Part shown: positions 1-9,494 of the stretch, one piece after another
Layout: every line of letters starts with the position of its first letter
Position numbering within the stretch: position 1 is the stretch's first letter
Assembly (NCBI GenBank): GCA_963784675.1
Contig: CAWASE010000016.1
Location: 7,267 to 71,266 of the forward strand
DNA: 64,000 nt
Direction of reading: 5' to 3'
Origin: an uncultured Actinomycetes bacterium
GTDB lineage: Bacteria; Actinomycetota; Actinomycetes; Mycobacteriales; SCTD01
Position numbers and translations under genes: made by a program
The notes under the pieces: model-generated
Database searches by the model: none
Told to the model about the DNA's origin: nothing
What the model saw: only the letters and a program-made list of their open reading frames with translations

Positions 1-1268
1 CCAAGGAGGAGTACGCCGCCTCCAAGAGCAAGCGCCTGCTGCCAGCGCTGGACAACGGGTTCAAGAAGGCGTTCAGCGCCGTCACCGACTCCAACGCGAC
101 GACGATCCTGGCCGCCGGGCTGCTGTTCCTGCTGGCCTCCGGCACCGTCAAGGGCTTCGGCGTCACGCTGGTCATCGGCGTGCTCGCCTCGATCATCTCG
201 GCGCTGGTGGTCACCCGCGTGCTCACCGAGTTCGGCCTGCGGCGCGGCTGGGTCCAGAGCCACCCCGGCTTCACCGGCCTGTCCACGCTGGGACGCATGC
301 GGCCGTGGCTGGAGCGCAAGCAGCCGAACCTGATGCAGTACCGAAAGACCTACCTGGCGATCACCGCCGGCCTGCTGGTCTTCGCCGTGCTGGGCATGGT
401 CGTGCGCGGCTTCAACTTCGGCGTCGAGTTCACCGGCGGCCGCACCGCGGAGTTCTCCACCAGCCAGTCGGTGCCGGTCCAGACCGCCCGCACCCAGGTC
501 GAGGACGCCGGCTTCCCGACCGCCGTGGTCCAGGAGACCAGCGGCGGCAACGGCGACAACATCACCGTCCGGACGTCGAACATCACCGACGCGCAGCTGG
601 AGACGATCCGCCTGTCGTTGGCGAAGGTCGGCGGTGAGGTCACCGTGATCTCCGACGACATCGTCGGGCCGACGCTCGGGTCCGAGCTGCGCAAGAAGGC
701 GATCATCGCGCTGCTCATCGCGCTGCTGGCGCAGCTGGTCTACCTGGCGGTGCGGTTCCGCTGGTCGTTCGCGGCCAGCACGGTGCTGGCGATGTTCCAC
801 GACGTGGTGCTGGTGCTGGGGCTGTTCGCCTGGCTCGGCAAGCCCGTCGACGGCCTGTTCCTGGCGGCGGCGCTGACCATCATCGGTGTGTCGGTCAACG
901 ACTCCGTCGTGACGATGGACCGCATCCGCGAGATCTGGTCCCAGCACCGCACGAGACCGCTGCCACAGGTGGTCAACAGCGCCCTGCTGGCCACCGCGCC
1001 CCGTACCTTCAACACCGGTGTGGGTGCGTTCTTCATCCTCGGGGCCCTGACCGTGCTCGGTGGGCGCTCGCTGACCGACTTCGCCCTGGCCCTGCTGATC
1101 GGTCTGTTCGTCGGGCTGTACTCCTCGGCGTTCGTCGCGTCCCCGCTGCTGCTCGTGTTCGAGGAGCGGACGGACACGCCGCCGCCGATGCCCAAGCGCA
1201 AGACGCCGGCGTCCCAGCGCTCGCGGCAGGTCAAGAAGCGCCCGTCGGCGCGGCCCGCCAAGGCCTAG
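1..1268 (+). CDS. secDF: protein translocase subunit SecDF (SecD C-terminus fused in frame to SecF); 5' end lies outside the window
   Basis: Frame 3 is open from base 3. SecD-type C-terminal TM segments (TILAAGLLFLLASGTVKGFGVTLVIGVLASIISALVVTRV) run without a stop into a SecF-type N-terminus (YRKTYLAITAGLLVFAVLGMVVRGFNFGVEFTGGRTAEF) and the SecF TM bundle. Track ORF 180..1268 is only the part after an internal GTG. Confidence 0.85.
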   Translation, partial: KEEYAASKSKRLLPALDNGFKKAFSAVTDSNATTILAAGLLFLLASGTVKGFGVTLVIGVLASIISALVVTRVLTEFGLRRGWVQSHPGFTGLSTLGRMRPWLERKQPNLMQYRKTYLAITAGLLVFAVLGMVVRGFNFGVEFTGGRTAEFSTSQSVPVQTARTQVEDAGFPTAVVQETSGGNGDNITVRTSNITDAQLETIRLSLAKVGGEVTVISDDIVGPTLGSELRKKAIIALLIALLAQLVYLAVRFRWSFAASTVLAMFHDVVLVLGLFAWLGKPVDGLFLAAALTIIGVSVNDSVVTMDRIREIWSQHRTRPLPQVVNSALLATAPRTFNTGVGAFFILGALTVLGGRSLTDFALALLIGLFVGLYSSAFVASPLLLVFEERTDTPPPMPKRKTPASQRSRQVKKRPSARPAKA

Positions 1269-1322
1269 CCCGAGGGCTCGGACCCGGGCGGCCGGCCCGG
1301 AGCAGGACGAAGGAGCAGGACG

Positions 1323-2813
1323 GTGGAGACGAGCTTCAACACCGTCCTGCTCCTGTCCTGCGTGCTGCTGCTCGTCGCCCTGGTGGCGGTGCGGCTCGCC
1401 GCGCGCACGGGACTGCCGTCGCTGCTCATCTACCTGGGCGTCGGGCTGCTGGTGGGGGAGTCCGGGCTGGGCCTGGAGTTCTCGGACTACTCGCGCGCCG
1501 CCGAGGTGGGCCTGGTCTCGCTCGCGCTGATCCTGGCCGAGGGCGGGCTCACCACCCGGTGGAGCGTCGTGCGGCCGGTGCTCCCCTTCGCTGCGGTGCT
1601 GGCGACGTTCGGCGTCGCCACCAGCGTCGCCGTGGTGGCGGGGGTGGCCTCCGTCGCGCTCGGGGTCGACGCCCGGGTGGCCGTCATCCTGGGCAGCGTC
1701 ATCGCCTCGACCGACGCCGCCGCCGTCTTCGCCGTGCTGCGCAGACTGCCCCTCCAGCGCCGCATCAGCGCGGTGCTGGAGGTCGAGTCCGGCCTGAACG
1801 ACGCGCCGGTGGTCGTCCTGGTGTCGCTGGCCGCCTCCGACGCCTGGGACACCGCGACGGTGTGGGGCGCGATCGGGCTGGTGCTGCTGGAGCTCGCCGG
1901 GGGAGCGTTGCTGGGCCTGGCGATCGGACGGCTCGGCCGCGAGCTGCTGGTGCGGGCGGCGCTGCCCAGCGCCGGTCTCTACCCGATCGCGACGGTCGCG
2001 CTGTGCCTGCTGGCCTTCGCCGCCGGCGACGCGCTGCACGTCAGCGGCTTCCTGTCGGTCTACCTCGCAGCGCTGGTCCTGGGCAACGCGCCGCTGCCGC
2101 ACCGGCGGGCAGTGCTCGGCTTCGCCGCGTCCACCGCGCTGCTGGCCGAGGCCGCGATGTTCGTCCTGCTCGGGCTGCTGGCCTCGCCCGAGCGGCTGGT
2201 CGGTCAGATCCCGGCGGCGCTGCTGATCGGCGCCGCCGGCACGCTGCTGGCCCGACCGTTGGCCGTCGCGCTGTCGGCCCTGCCCTTCCGCTGGTCGTGG
2301 CGCGAGCAGGTGTTCCTGTCGTGGGCGGGGCTGCGCGGAGCGGTGCCGATCGTCATCGCCACGATCCCGGTGACCGAGGGGCTGATCGGTGCCGAGCGGA
2401 TCGTCGACATCGTGTTCGTGCTGGTCGTGGTCTACACGCTGGTGCAGGCGCCGACCCTGCCCTGGGTGGCGCGCCGGCTCCGCGTCGTCGAGGACGGCCG
2501 GGCCGTCGACCTGGAGGTCGAGACCGCTCCGCTGGAGCAGATGCGGGCCGACGTGCTGCAGGTCAAGGTCGGGCCGGGCTCGCGCCTGCACGGCGTCTAC
2601 GTCGAAGAGCTCCGCCTGCCCGTCGGCGCGCACGTCACGCTGATCGTGCGGGACGGACGGGGGCTGGTGCCCGGTCAGCACACCCACTTCGTCCGAGGCG
2701 ACCAGCTGCTCGTCGTGGCCGGCAGCGACGTGCGCGACCAGACCGAGGCGCGGCTGCGCGCGGTCGCCCGCAGCGGCAAGCTGGCCCGTTGGAACGGTGA
2801 GACGGGCTCCTGA
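1323..2813 (+). CDS. cation/proton (K+/H+) antiporter, CPA1/NhaP2-type, with C-terminal TrkA-C/RCK-like domain
   Basis: 496-aa ORF with a GTG start preceded by gaaggag. Many TM segments ([30 protein letters not shown]) are followed by a soluble tail ([31 protein letters not shown]...GDQLLVVAG). Confidence 0.85.
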   Translation: METSFNTVLLLSCVLLLVALVAVRLAARTGLPSLLIYLGVGLLVGESGLGLEFSDYSRAAEVGLVSLALILAEGGLTTRWSVVRPVLPFAAVLATFGVATSVAVVAGVASVALGVDARVAVILGSVIASTDAAAVFAVLRRLPLQRRISAVLEVESGLNDAPVVVLVSLAASDAWDTATVWGAIGLVLLELAGGALLGLAIGRLGRELLVRAALPSAGLYPIATVALCLLAFAAGDALHVSGFLSVYLAALVLGNAPLPHRRAVLGFAASTALLAEAAMFVLLGLLASPERLVGQIPAALLIGAAGTLLARPLAVALSALPFRWSWREQVFLSWAGLRGAVPIVIATIPVTEGLIGAERIVDIVFVLVVVYTLVQAPTLPWVARRLRVVEDGRAVDLEVETAPLEQMRADVLQVKVGPGSRLHGVYVEELRLPVGAHVTLIVRDGRGLVPGQHTHFVRGDQLLVVAGSDVRDQTEARLRAVARSGKLARWNGETGS

Positions 2814-2919
2814 GACCGCAGTCGTGACGAACCGCTTACGCAGGGAACGTCGCTCACCGTCGCTCGGTTGGCACCGGTACGTCCCCCGCGTGCAGGCACG
2901 TCACGACAAGGAGATCACC

Positions 2920-3594
2920 ATGTGGTTCACCCGGACCCCTTCGTCCGTCTCGGAGCAGGACGCCCTGCCGGGCCGCGACACCGCGCTGCGCGTGCCGTCT
3001 GCGCACGAGGTGCTCGGTACGCCGATGACCCCGCCGTGGCCTGAGGGCGCCGAGGTGCTGTACGTCGCGATGGGCTGCTTCTGGGGCGCCGAGCGCATCT
3101 TCTGGCAGCTTCCTGGCGTGATCACCACCGCGGCGGGCTACGCCGGCGGCTTCACCGAGAACCCGACCTATGAGGAGACGTGCACCGGGCGCACCGGCCA
3201 CACCGAAGCCGTGCTGGTCGTGTACGACCCGGAGGTCGCCGACCTGGAGAGCCTGTTCAAGGCGTTCTGGGAGAACCACGACCCGACCCAGCTCAACGGG
3301 CAGGGCAACGACCGCGGCACCCAGTACCGCACGGCGGTCTACACCACCACCGACGCGCAGGCAGCGGCGCTCGTCGAGTCCCGCGACCGCTACCAGGCTG
3401 CGCTGACCGCGGCCGGCTTCGGCGAGATCACCACCGAGATCCGGCCCTTCGACGACGCGGGGCCCTGGTACTACGCCGAGGGCTACCACCAGCAGTACCT
3501 GCACAAGAACCCCCGCGGCTACTGCAACCACGGCTTCTGCCAGGTCTCCTACGACCGGCAGGACGTCACCCGGGTGGAGCTGCCGGGCGCCTGA
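2920..3594 (+). CDS. msrA: peptide-methionine (S)-S-oxide reductase MsrA
   Basis: GCFWG active-site motif ([21 protein letters not shown]), then GYAGG...NPTYEE and [11 protein letters not shown]. The ATG at 2920 is preceded by aaggag at 2908-2913. The upstream part of track ORF 2797.. is probably not translated. Confidence 0.92.
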   Translation: MWFTRTPSSVSEQDALPGRDTALRVPSAHEVLGTPMTPPWPEGAEVLYVAMGCFWGAERIFWQLPGVITTAAGYAGGFTENPTYEETCTGRTGHTEAVLVVYDPEVADLESLFKAFWENHDPTQLNGQGNDRGTQYRTAVYTTTDAQAAALVESRDRYQAALTAAGFGEITTEIRPFDDAGPWYYAEGYHQQYLHKNPRGYCNHGFCQVSYDRQDVTRVELPGA

Positions 3595-3598
3595 CCGT

Positions 3599-3619
3599 CC
3601 TGCGGCCGGCTACCGCAGG
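3599..3619. terminator. GC hairpin between convergent msrA and the DUF3352-like gene
   Basis: cctgcgg (3599-3605), loop ccggcta, ccgcagg (3613-3619). It overlaps the stop codon of the minus-strand gene. No U-tract. Confidence 0.35.
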
Positions 3620-5094
3620 GTGACGCGCAACCGGAAGCTCGTGGCGTCGGCGCTGAACCCGACCGCCTCCAGCGCCTGCAGGTCTTTCGGCGGGCTGCCG
3701 AAGTCCTCGCCGGCGGCAGCCAGGGCCTTGGCCACGTCGACGAACAGCACGACGGAGCTGTCGGCGGCCTCGGGGACGGCGCGCCGGAAGACCTTCGAGC
3801 GTCCGAGCGCGGCCGGGCCGCCGGAGCCGGAGACGGCATCGACGGCCTCGGGGGTGGTGCCCGCGGCGATCCCGTCGGACAGGGTGGCGACGAGCTCGGA
3901 GGAGTCCGTGCCCGTGAGGTTCGTCAGCAGCGTCCTGACGATCCGCGCCGCGGCGGCCGGGTCGGGCGTGCGGCTGCGGGCGGCGACGCCCTGGTCGTCG
4001 AAGGCGGCGACGACGGTGCGGTCGCCCAGCAGCGTGACGAGGTCGTCGGGCAGCGACAGGCCGAACCCGTCGAGGATCCCGCTGCCGTCTGTGCCGTCTG
4101 TGCCGTCTGTGCCGTCGCCGGCACCGACACCCGGGCCGAAGGCGCTGGACAGCGCGTCGAGCTGCTCGGCGACCCTCGGGCCCAGGCCGGCGAAGCCCGC
4201 CGCGGCCACGGTGCTGCTCGGCAGGCCCTCGACGAGCTTCTCGGCCCCGGTGACCTGCGCGCCGCCCGGGCCGGTGACCAGGTCGACGGTGCGGCCCGCC
4301 AGCTCCAGGCCGGCGTCGACGGCGTGCAGGCCGGCGACGACCTGCCCGCTCGGGGTGACGCCGTCGGGCAGCCCGTACGACTGCGCTGCGGAAGCACGGT
4401 CTCCTGCGGGAAGGGCCGCCCACACCCGGCCGATGTCGGTCCAGACCGTCACGACCTGTCCGCCGTCCAGCCGGGCCAGGGCGTCGCGGAAGGCCGGCAG
4501 GTCGCCGAGCACGTCGGCAGGGTCGATCGCCGCGTCGGCCTGCTGCTGCGTCCCGCCGATCAGGACGTAGTCGCCGAGCTCGCTGAAGGCGAAGTGGAAC
4601 GCGTCGTCCTTCTCGGCCTCGGCGGTGAGGAACGACTCGGCCTTGGCCCGGTCGGTGAACGCCACGGCCGCCAGCGGCGCCACGGTCCCCTTCGCCGGCA
4701 CAGCGGCCACGCCGAGACGGTCGCCGACCCAGTCGAGGTCGTCGGCGCTGAGGTCCTCGTCGACCAGGACCTGCTCGAGCAGGTCCGTACGCAGGCCGTC
4801 CAGGGTGGTGGCCGACGTCTTGAGCGACGGGAAGCGCTCGGCCAAGGAGAGCAGCTGTTCCTTCTGCCGCGCCGACGGGTCCAGGTCCAGGTCGGCGTAG
4901 GCCACCGCGCTGGCCGGCAGGACGTCCTCGGGCTGGAGCCCGCCCCCGCTGTAGGCGAACGCGACGGCGACGCCGCTGCCGCCGACCAGCACGGCGCCCG
5001 CGGCGACCACGGCGGCCAGGGCGTTGGAGGCGCGTCCGGGCGTGCGACGCACGGGCTCGGCCGGGCCCAGCAGGTCGGCGGGAGTCGTGGTCAT
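3610..5094 (-). CDS. membrane-anchored protein of unknown function (DUF3352-like)
   Basis: 494-aa ORF with high third-position GC. N-terminal TM anchor (ALAAVVAAGAVLVGGSGVAVAFAY), then YADLDLDPSARQKEQLLSLAERFPSLK, typical of this actinobacterial family. The family name is from memory and was not searched. Confidence 0.6.
   Translation of the reverse strand: MTTTPADLLGPAEPVRRTPGRASNALAAVVAAGAVLVGGSGVAVAFAYSGGGLQPEDVLPASAVAYADLDLDPSARQKEQLLSLAERFPSLKTSATTLDGLRTDLLEQVLVDEDLSADDLDWVGDRLGVAAVPAKGTVAPLAAVAFTDRAKAESFLTAEAEKDDAFHFAFSELGDYVLIGGTQQQADAAIDPADVLGDLPAFRDALARLDGGQVVTVWTDIGRVWAALPAGDRASAAQSYGLPDGVTPSGQVVAGLHAVDAGLELAGRTVDLVTGPGGAQVTGAEKLVEGLPSSTVAAAGFAGLGPRVAEQLDALSSAFGPGVGAGDGTDGTDGTDGSGILDGFGLSLPDDLVTLLGDRTVVAAFDDQGVAARSRTPDPAAAARIVRTLLTNLTGTDSSELVATLSDGIAAGTTPEAVDAVSGSGGPAALGRSKVFRRAVPEAADSSVVLFVDVAKALAAAGEDFGSPPKDLQALEAVGFSADATSFRLRVTLR
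4084..4116. repeat. 9-bp tandem repeat (gccgtctgt x3.6) encoding (GTD)n on the minus strand
   Basis: Read directly at 4084-4116. It translates to GTDGTDGTDG inside the DUF3352-like protein. Confidence 0.8.
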
Positions 5095-5216
5095 GCGGGC
5101 GCTCCAGGATGAGGTCGAGCGACAAGTGTGCCAGCCGGCGGACGCCGCGGCACCGTTGCGGAAGAAGGATCCTGGACCGTCCGCGGGTGCCGATGCTGCT
5201 GGGTAGCGTGGCCGGT

Positions 5217-6092
5217 ATGCGGCTGCGCCTGCTCGCCACGTGCAACGCGCTGGTGCTGGCCGTCGGTCTGGGGACGGTGGCGCTCAGCGGACCGGAGGCG
5301 CCGCCGCCACCGGTCGCTGCCCCGGCGGCGGTGTCCGTTCCGTCGGCCGTCCCTGCGCCACCGGCCGTGCTGCACGTGACGTCAGCCGCTGCGTCGCCGG
5401 CTCCTGCTCCCCGGCCGACACCGTCGGTGGCACCGCGCGCCTCCCCGACGACCCCGGCGGTGCGCCGGGCGCCGACGGCCGCAGCGCGGGTGAGGGCCCC
5501 GCGAGCGCCGGCGCCGCCGCCGTCACCGCGACCTCCTCGCCCGCCGCGCACCGCCTACCGCACCGACTGGCGGCGGCCGTACGCCGTCGTCGGGGAGGTG
5601 ACGCTGCACGCCCCCGTCGACGTCGTCGAGCTGATCGGGCTGCACCAGTCCGGTCACGACGGCGCGCAGCCGCAGCGGCTGCTCGACACCGGCCTGCCCT
5701 CCGTCGTGCTGGACGACCGCGGTCGCGACACCCGGCCGGCCGGAGCCGCCGACGTCGTCGTCCGTCCCGACGGCGAGGTCCGCGCGCCGGTCAGCGGCAC
5801 GGTGCTGCGCGCGGGCAGCTACACCCTCTACTGCCGCTACACCGACCAGTACCTCGTCGTCGAGCCGGACGAGCACCCGGGCTGGGAGGTAAAGCTGCTG
5901 CACTTCGAGGGCTTGGCGGTGGGCAAGGGTGCTCGCGTCGAGGCCGGCGTCACGGTCGTCGGCTCGCACGCCCGCCGGTTGCCGTTCGCGTCGCAGGTCG
6001 ACGAGCGCACGGCCAACCCGGCCTGGCCGCACGTGCACATCGAGGTGGTCGATCCGAGCGTGCCGGACCGGCCGAGCGGTGGCGGCTGCTGA
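5217..6092 (+). CDS. secreted Pro/Ala-rich protein with an M23/LytM-like C-terminal region
   Basis: The ATG at 5217 gives a signal-like N-terminus (MRLRLLATCNALVLAVGLGTVALSG) and a long P/A-rich linker. The C-terminus has APVSGTVLRAG...LLHFEGLAVGKGARVEAGVTVVG...WPHVHIEVVD, which resembles the M23 HxH region. The HxxxD motif is not clean. Confidence 0.5.
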   Translation: MRLRLLATCNALVLAVGLGTVALSGPEAPPPPVAAPAAVSVPSAVPAPPAVLHVTSAAASPAPAPRPTPSVAPRASPTTPAVRRAPTAAARVRAPRAPAPPPSPRPPRPPRTAYRTDWRRPYAVVGEVTLHAPVDVVELIGLHQSGHDGAQPQRLLDTGLPSVVLDDRGRDTRPAGAADVVVRPDGEVRAPVSGTVLRAGSYTLYCRYTDQYLVVEPDEHPGWEVKLLHFEGLAVGKGARVEAGVTVVGSHARRLPFASQVDERTANPAWPHVHIEVVDPSVPDRPSGGGC

Positions 6093-6118
6093 GCCTGCGC
6101 CACCCCTACCCTGGCTCG

Positions 6119-6970
6119 GTGACCCCCCTGCGGCTGCCGCGCGACGGTGTCCTCGCCGCGACGGTGCTGGCGTGGGTCGTCGTGGTGCTCGGGCTGGACA
6201 CCGGGGCCTCGCTGACGCAGCAGCGGCTGCTGGGGCTCGGCACCTGGGCGCTGCTGCTCGGTCTGCTGCGCGGCGAGGGGCGCGTCACCCGCGTGCAGGT
6301 GGGCGTCGTCGTCGCCTTCGCGACGGTCGTGGAGTACGTGTTCGCGGGCTGGCTCGGCGTCTACGTCTACCGGCTGGAGAACGTGCCGGCCTTCGTGCCG
6401 CCCGGCCACGGGCTGGTCTACCTGTGCGCGCTCGCGCTGGGGCGCGGCGCCTGGGCGCAGCACCATGCGCGGGCGCTGCTCACCGCGGCGCTGGTCGCCC
6501 TCGGCGGCTGGGCCGTGTGGGGGGTGACGCTGTCGTCGCGGCCCGACGTGCTCGGGCTGTTCTGGTTCGGCTGCCTGCTGCTGTTCGTCTGGACGCGGCG
6601 GGCCGGCGGCAGCCCCGCGGCGATGGTCTACGCCGGCGCGGTGCTGATCGTCAGCTACCTGGAGATCGTCGGTACCTCGCTCGGCACCTGGGCCTGGCAG
6701 CCCCACGACCCGACCGGGCTGGTTTCCATCGGCAACCCGCCCAGCGGAGCGGCGGGCGGCTACGCCTGGTTCGACGCTGCGGCGCTGGCCGCCGCCCCGT
6801 GGCTGCTGGCGCGCTGGGACCGCCGACGGGGTAGCGGGGCCCGGACGAGCGGTGCACCGACGAGCGGTGGCTCCGACGAGCAGCACCGGATGGTCGCCTC
6901 GCACGGCGGGTCGTCGACCGACGGCGGAAGATCGTCGGCGCGGGGCAGCACCGGGACGGGATCGGGCTAG
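6119..6970 (+). CDS. integral membrane protein, unknown function
   Basis: Only the last ~284 codons of track ORF 5240..6970 look coding. GTG at 6119, then several TM helices (VLAATVLAWVVVVLGL, GVVVAFATVVEYVFAGWLGVYVY, LGLFWFGCLLLFVW). The start is uncertain; an alternative GTG lies at 6164. Confidence 0.55.
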   Translation: MTPLRLPRDGVLAATVLAWVVVVLGLDTGASLTQQRLLGLGTWALLLGLLRGEGRVTRVQVGVVVAFATVVEYVFAGWLGVYVYRLENVPAFVPPGHGLVYLCALALGRGAWAQHHARALLTAALVALGGWAVWGVTLSSRPDVLGLFWFGCLLLFVWTRRAGGSPAAMVYAGAVLIVSYLEIVGTSLGTWAWQPHDPTGLVSIGNPPSGAAGGYAWFDAAALAAAPWLLARWDRRRGSGARTSGAPTSGGSDEQHRMVASHGGSSTDGGRSSARGSTGTGSG

Positions 6971-8752
6971 AACCAGCCCGGCTGCGTGTCCCGCGTCGTG
7001 GTGTCCAGGCTCTCCAGCAGGGCCAGCTGCGGACCGGTGCGCGGCAGCTCCCAGCGGAAGAAGTAGCGCGCCGCCTGCCGCTTGCCGTCGTAGAAGTCGC
7101 CGCTCTGCGCGGCGGCGACCAGCAGCTGCTCCAGCCAGATCCAGGCCAGCACGGTGTGGCCGACGACCTCCAGGTACAGCGACGCGTTCGCCAACGACAC
7201 CTCGACGTCACCGGCGGCGAACAGGGCAGCGGTCGTGGCCGGCAGCCGCTCCGACACCGCGCGCAGCTGTGCCGCGAGCTCCTTGGCCTCGCCACCGGCG
7301 GCGTCGGCCCGGTCCAGCGTCGCGTCGATCGTCTGGACCAGCAGCGCGAGCCCGGCGCCGCCCTGCATGACGACCTTGCGGCCGAGCAGGTCCAGCCCCT
7401 GCACGCCGTGGGTGCCCTCGTGGATCGGGTTCAGCCGGTTGTCGCGGTACAGCTGCTCGACGGGGTACTCGCGGGTGTAGCCGTAGCCGCCGAGCACCTG
7501 GATCGCCAGGCTGTTGGCCTCCAGGCACCACTGGCTCGGCCAGCTCTTGGCGATCGGCGTCAGCACGTCCAGCAGCAGGTGGGCGCGCGTGCGGGCGGTC
7601 TCGTCGGCGCCGGTGCGCTCTTCGTCGAGCAGCCGTCCGCAGTAGAAGTTGAGCGCCAGGGCGCCTTCGACGTAGGACTTCTGCGCGAGCAGCATCCGCT
7701 TGACGTCGCTGTGCTCGATGATCGGCACCTGCGGGCTCGCGGGGTCCTTGGCGCTGACCGGACGGCCCTGCGGACGCCCCTTGGCGTAGTCCAGGCTGTG
7801 CAGATAGCCGGTGTAGCCCAGGCAGGTGGCGCCCAGACCGACGCCCACGCGCGCGTCGTTCATCATGTGGAACATGTAGCGCAGGCCCTGGTGCGCCTCG
7901 CCGACCAGGAAGCCGACGGCGCCGCTCTGCCCGCCGGGGGTGTGCCGGCCCTCGCCGAAGTTGAGCAGCGTGTTGACCGTGCCGCGAAAGCCCATCTTGT
8001 GGTTGAGCCCGGCCAGCACGACGTCGTTGCGCTCGCCGGTCGCCACGACGACCTTCGGGACGATGAACAGGCTGATGCCCTTCACCCCGGCCGGTCCACC
8101 CGGGATCTTCGCGAGCACCAGGTGGACGATGTTCTCGGTCAGCTCGTGGTCACCGGCGCTGATCCACATCTTGTTGCCGAACAACCGGTAGCTGCCGTCG
8201 TCCTGCGGCTCCGCGCGGGTCGTCACGTCCGACAGGCTCGAGCCGGCCTGCGGCTCGGACAGGCACATGGTCCCGAAGAAGCGCCCGTCGACCATCGGCC
8301 GCACGTAGGTGTCGATCTGCTCCGGCGAGCCGTGGGTGAGCAGCAGGTGCGCGTTGGCGATCGTCAGGAACGGATAGCTGGACGTGCCGACGTTCGCCGC
8401 CTGGAACCACGCGAACACGGCGTTGCCGACGACCGTCGGCAGCTGCAGCCCGCCCAGCTCGGCGTCCAGCGTGCCGCCGAGCAGGCCGGCCTCGGCGAAG
8501 ACCTTCAGCGCCGCGCCGATCTCCGGGATGAGCGTGACGTGCTCGTCCGTCGAAGGTCGGCTCGTTGCTGTCGCTGGTGCGGTTGTGGGGGGCGAAGTGC
8601 TCGGTGGCGATCTGCTCGGCCAGGGCCAGCACGTCGTCGAAGGTCTCGCGGCTGTGCTCGGCGTGCCGCTCGCGCTGGGTCAGGCTCTCGACGTCGAGCC
8701 ACTCGTAGAGCAGGAACTCCAGGTCGCGCTTGTTCAGCAGCAGGCTCGCCAT
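6967..8752 (-). pseudogene. long-form acyl-CoA dehydrogenase (FadE-like, ~595 aa) interrupted by one frameshift near 8547
   Basis: The N-terminus (MASLLLNKRDLEFLLYEWLDVESL...NEPTFDG, track ORF 8150..8752) continues in a different frame as (D)EHVTLIPEIGAALKVFAEAGLLGGTLDAELGGLQLPTVVGNAVFAWFQAANVG... (track ORF 6967..8418). ACAD core motifs are present: CLSEPQAGSSL, GNKMWISAGDH, YREYPVEQLYRDNRLNPIHEGT. Confidence 0.85.
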
Positions 8753-8762
8753 GGTTGCGAGC

Positions 8763-9494
8763 CTACGACCGGCCGCCGAGACCGACGAGCGGCGCCACCG
8801 GTATGTCGTGATGGCCGGCCCGCGCGAGCGCCTGAGCGACGAACCCGTCGGCCTTGAGCTCCTCGACCGTGCCGGCCAGCCAGCGCACCGTCTCCGGGGT
8901 GCGGTCCCGGCCGGTCCCGACGGCCTGCCGGATCTGCATGAAGGCTCCGTCCAGCAACCGGAGCCCGGGGGTGCGCTCGACGTGGGCGCGCAGCGGCTGC
9001 AGGATGCCGGCGGCGACCTCGAGGGCCTGCTCGGCGAACACCTCGACGCCTTCCTCGCCCCGCACCACCTGCGCCGAGTTCAGCGAGCGCGTCAGGTGCA
9101 GGTCGTAGGCGGAGCCCTGCTTGACCCCGACGCGGACCCCGGCAGCGTCGACCTCGTCGGCCCGGCTCAACGGCGACGAGGCACGCACGGCGTAGGCGCC
9201 CTCGATCAGCAGGTAGGGCGCGGTGAAGGCGACGTCGGCCTCGCGCTCGGGTTCGACGGCCAGGAAGCACAGGTCGGCGGTGCCACCGGCGAGGGCGGCG
9301 AACGCGTGCCGGGCGGCGTGCGAGCAGACCCACGCGACCGAGAGTCCCAGGCGGCGACCGATCTCGGTCGCGAGGTCGACGGTGACGCCGCTGGGCTGCT
9401 CGGCCGTGCCGGCCGCCAGCACCGGGTTGCCCAGGTTGATGGCCGCGCGCAGCACGCCGCCGGGAGCCAGGTCCGCGGCGACGACGCCGTTCAC
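8763..9494 (-). CDS. transporter substrate-binding domain protein (periplasmic-binding-protein family 3 fold)
   Basis: The GTG at 9494 is preceded by ggagg. The sequence (LRAAINLGNPVLAAG...GVTVDLATEIGRRLGL...ADLCFLAVEPERE...FTAPYLLIEGAY...VGVKQGSAYDLHL) is typical of type-2 PBP amino-acid/phosphonate binders. There is no signal peptide at this start. The rest of track ORF 8763..9944 is Arg-rich noise. Confidence 0.7.
   Translation of the reverse strand: MNGVVAADLAPGGVLRAAINLGNPVLAAGTAEQPSGVTVDLATEIGRRLGLSVAWVCSHAARHAFAALAGGTADLCFLAVEPEREADVAFTAPYLLIEGAYAVRASSPLSRADEVDAAGVRVGVKQGSAYDLHLTRSLNSAQVVRGEEGVEVFAEQALEVAAGILQPLRAHVERTPGLRLLDGAFMQIRQAVGTGRDRTPETVRWLAGTVEELKADGFVAQALARAGHHDIPVAPLVGLGGRS

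Noticed and set aside
3566-5551. 661-aa minus-strand ORF, the longest in this region
   Set aside because: Its translation is Arg/Gly/Pro/Ala low-complexity throughout. It is out of frame with the motif-bearing 3610..5094 ORF on the same strand and antisense to the 5217..6092 gene. This is typical off-frame read-through in high-GC DNA.
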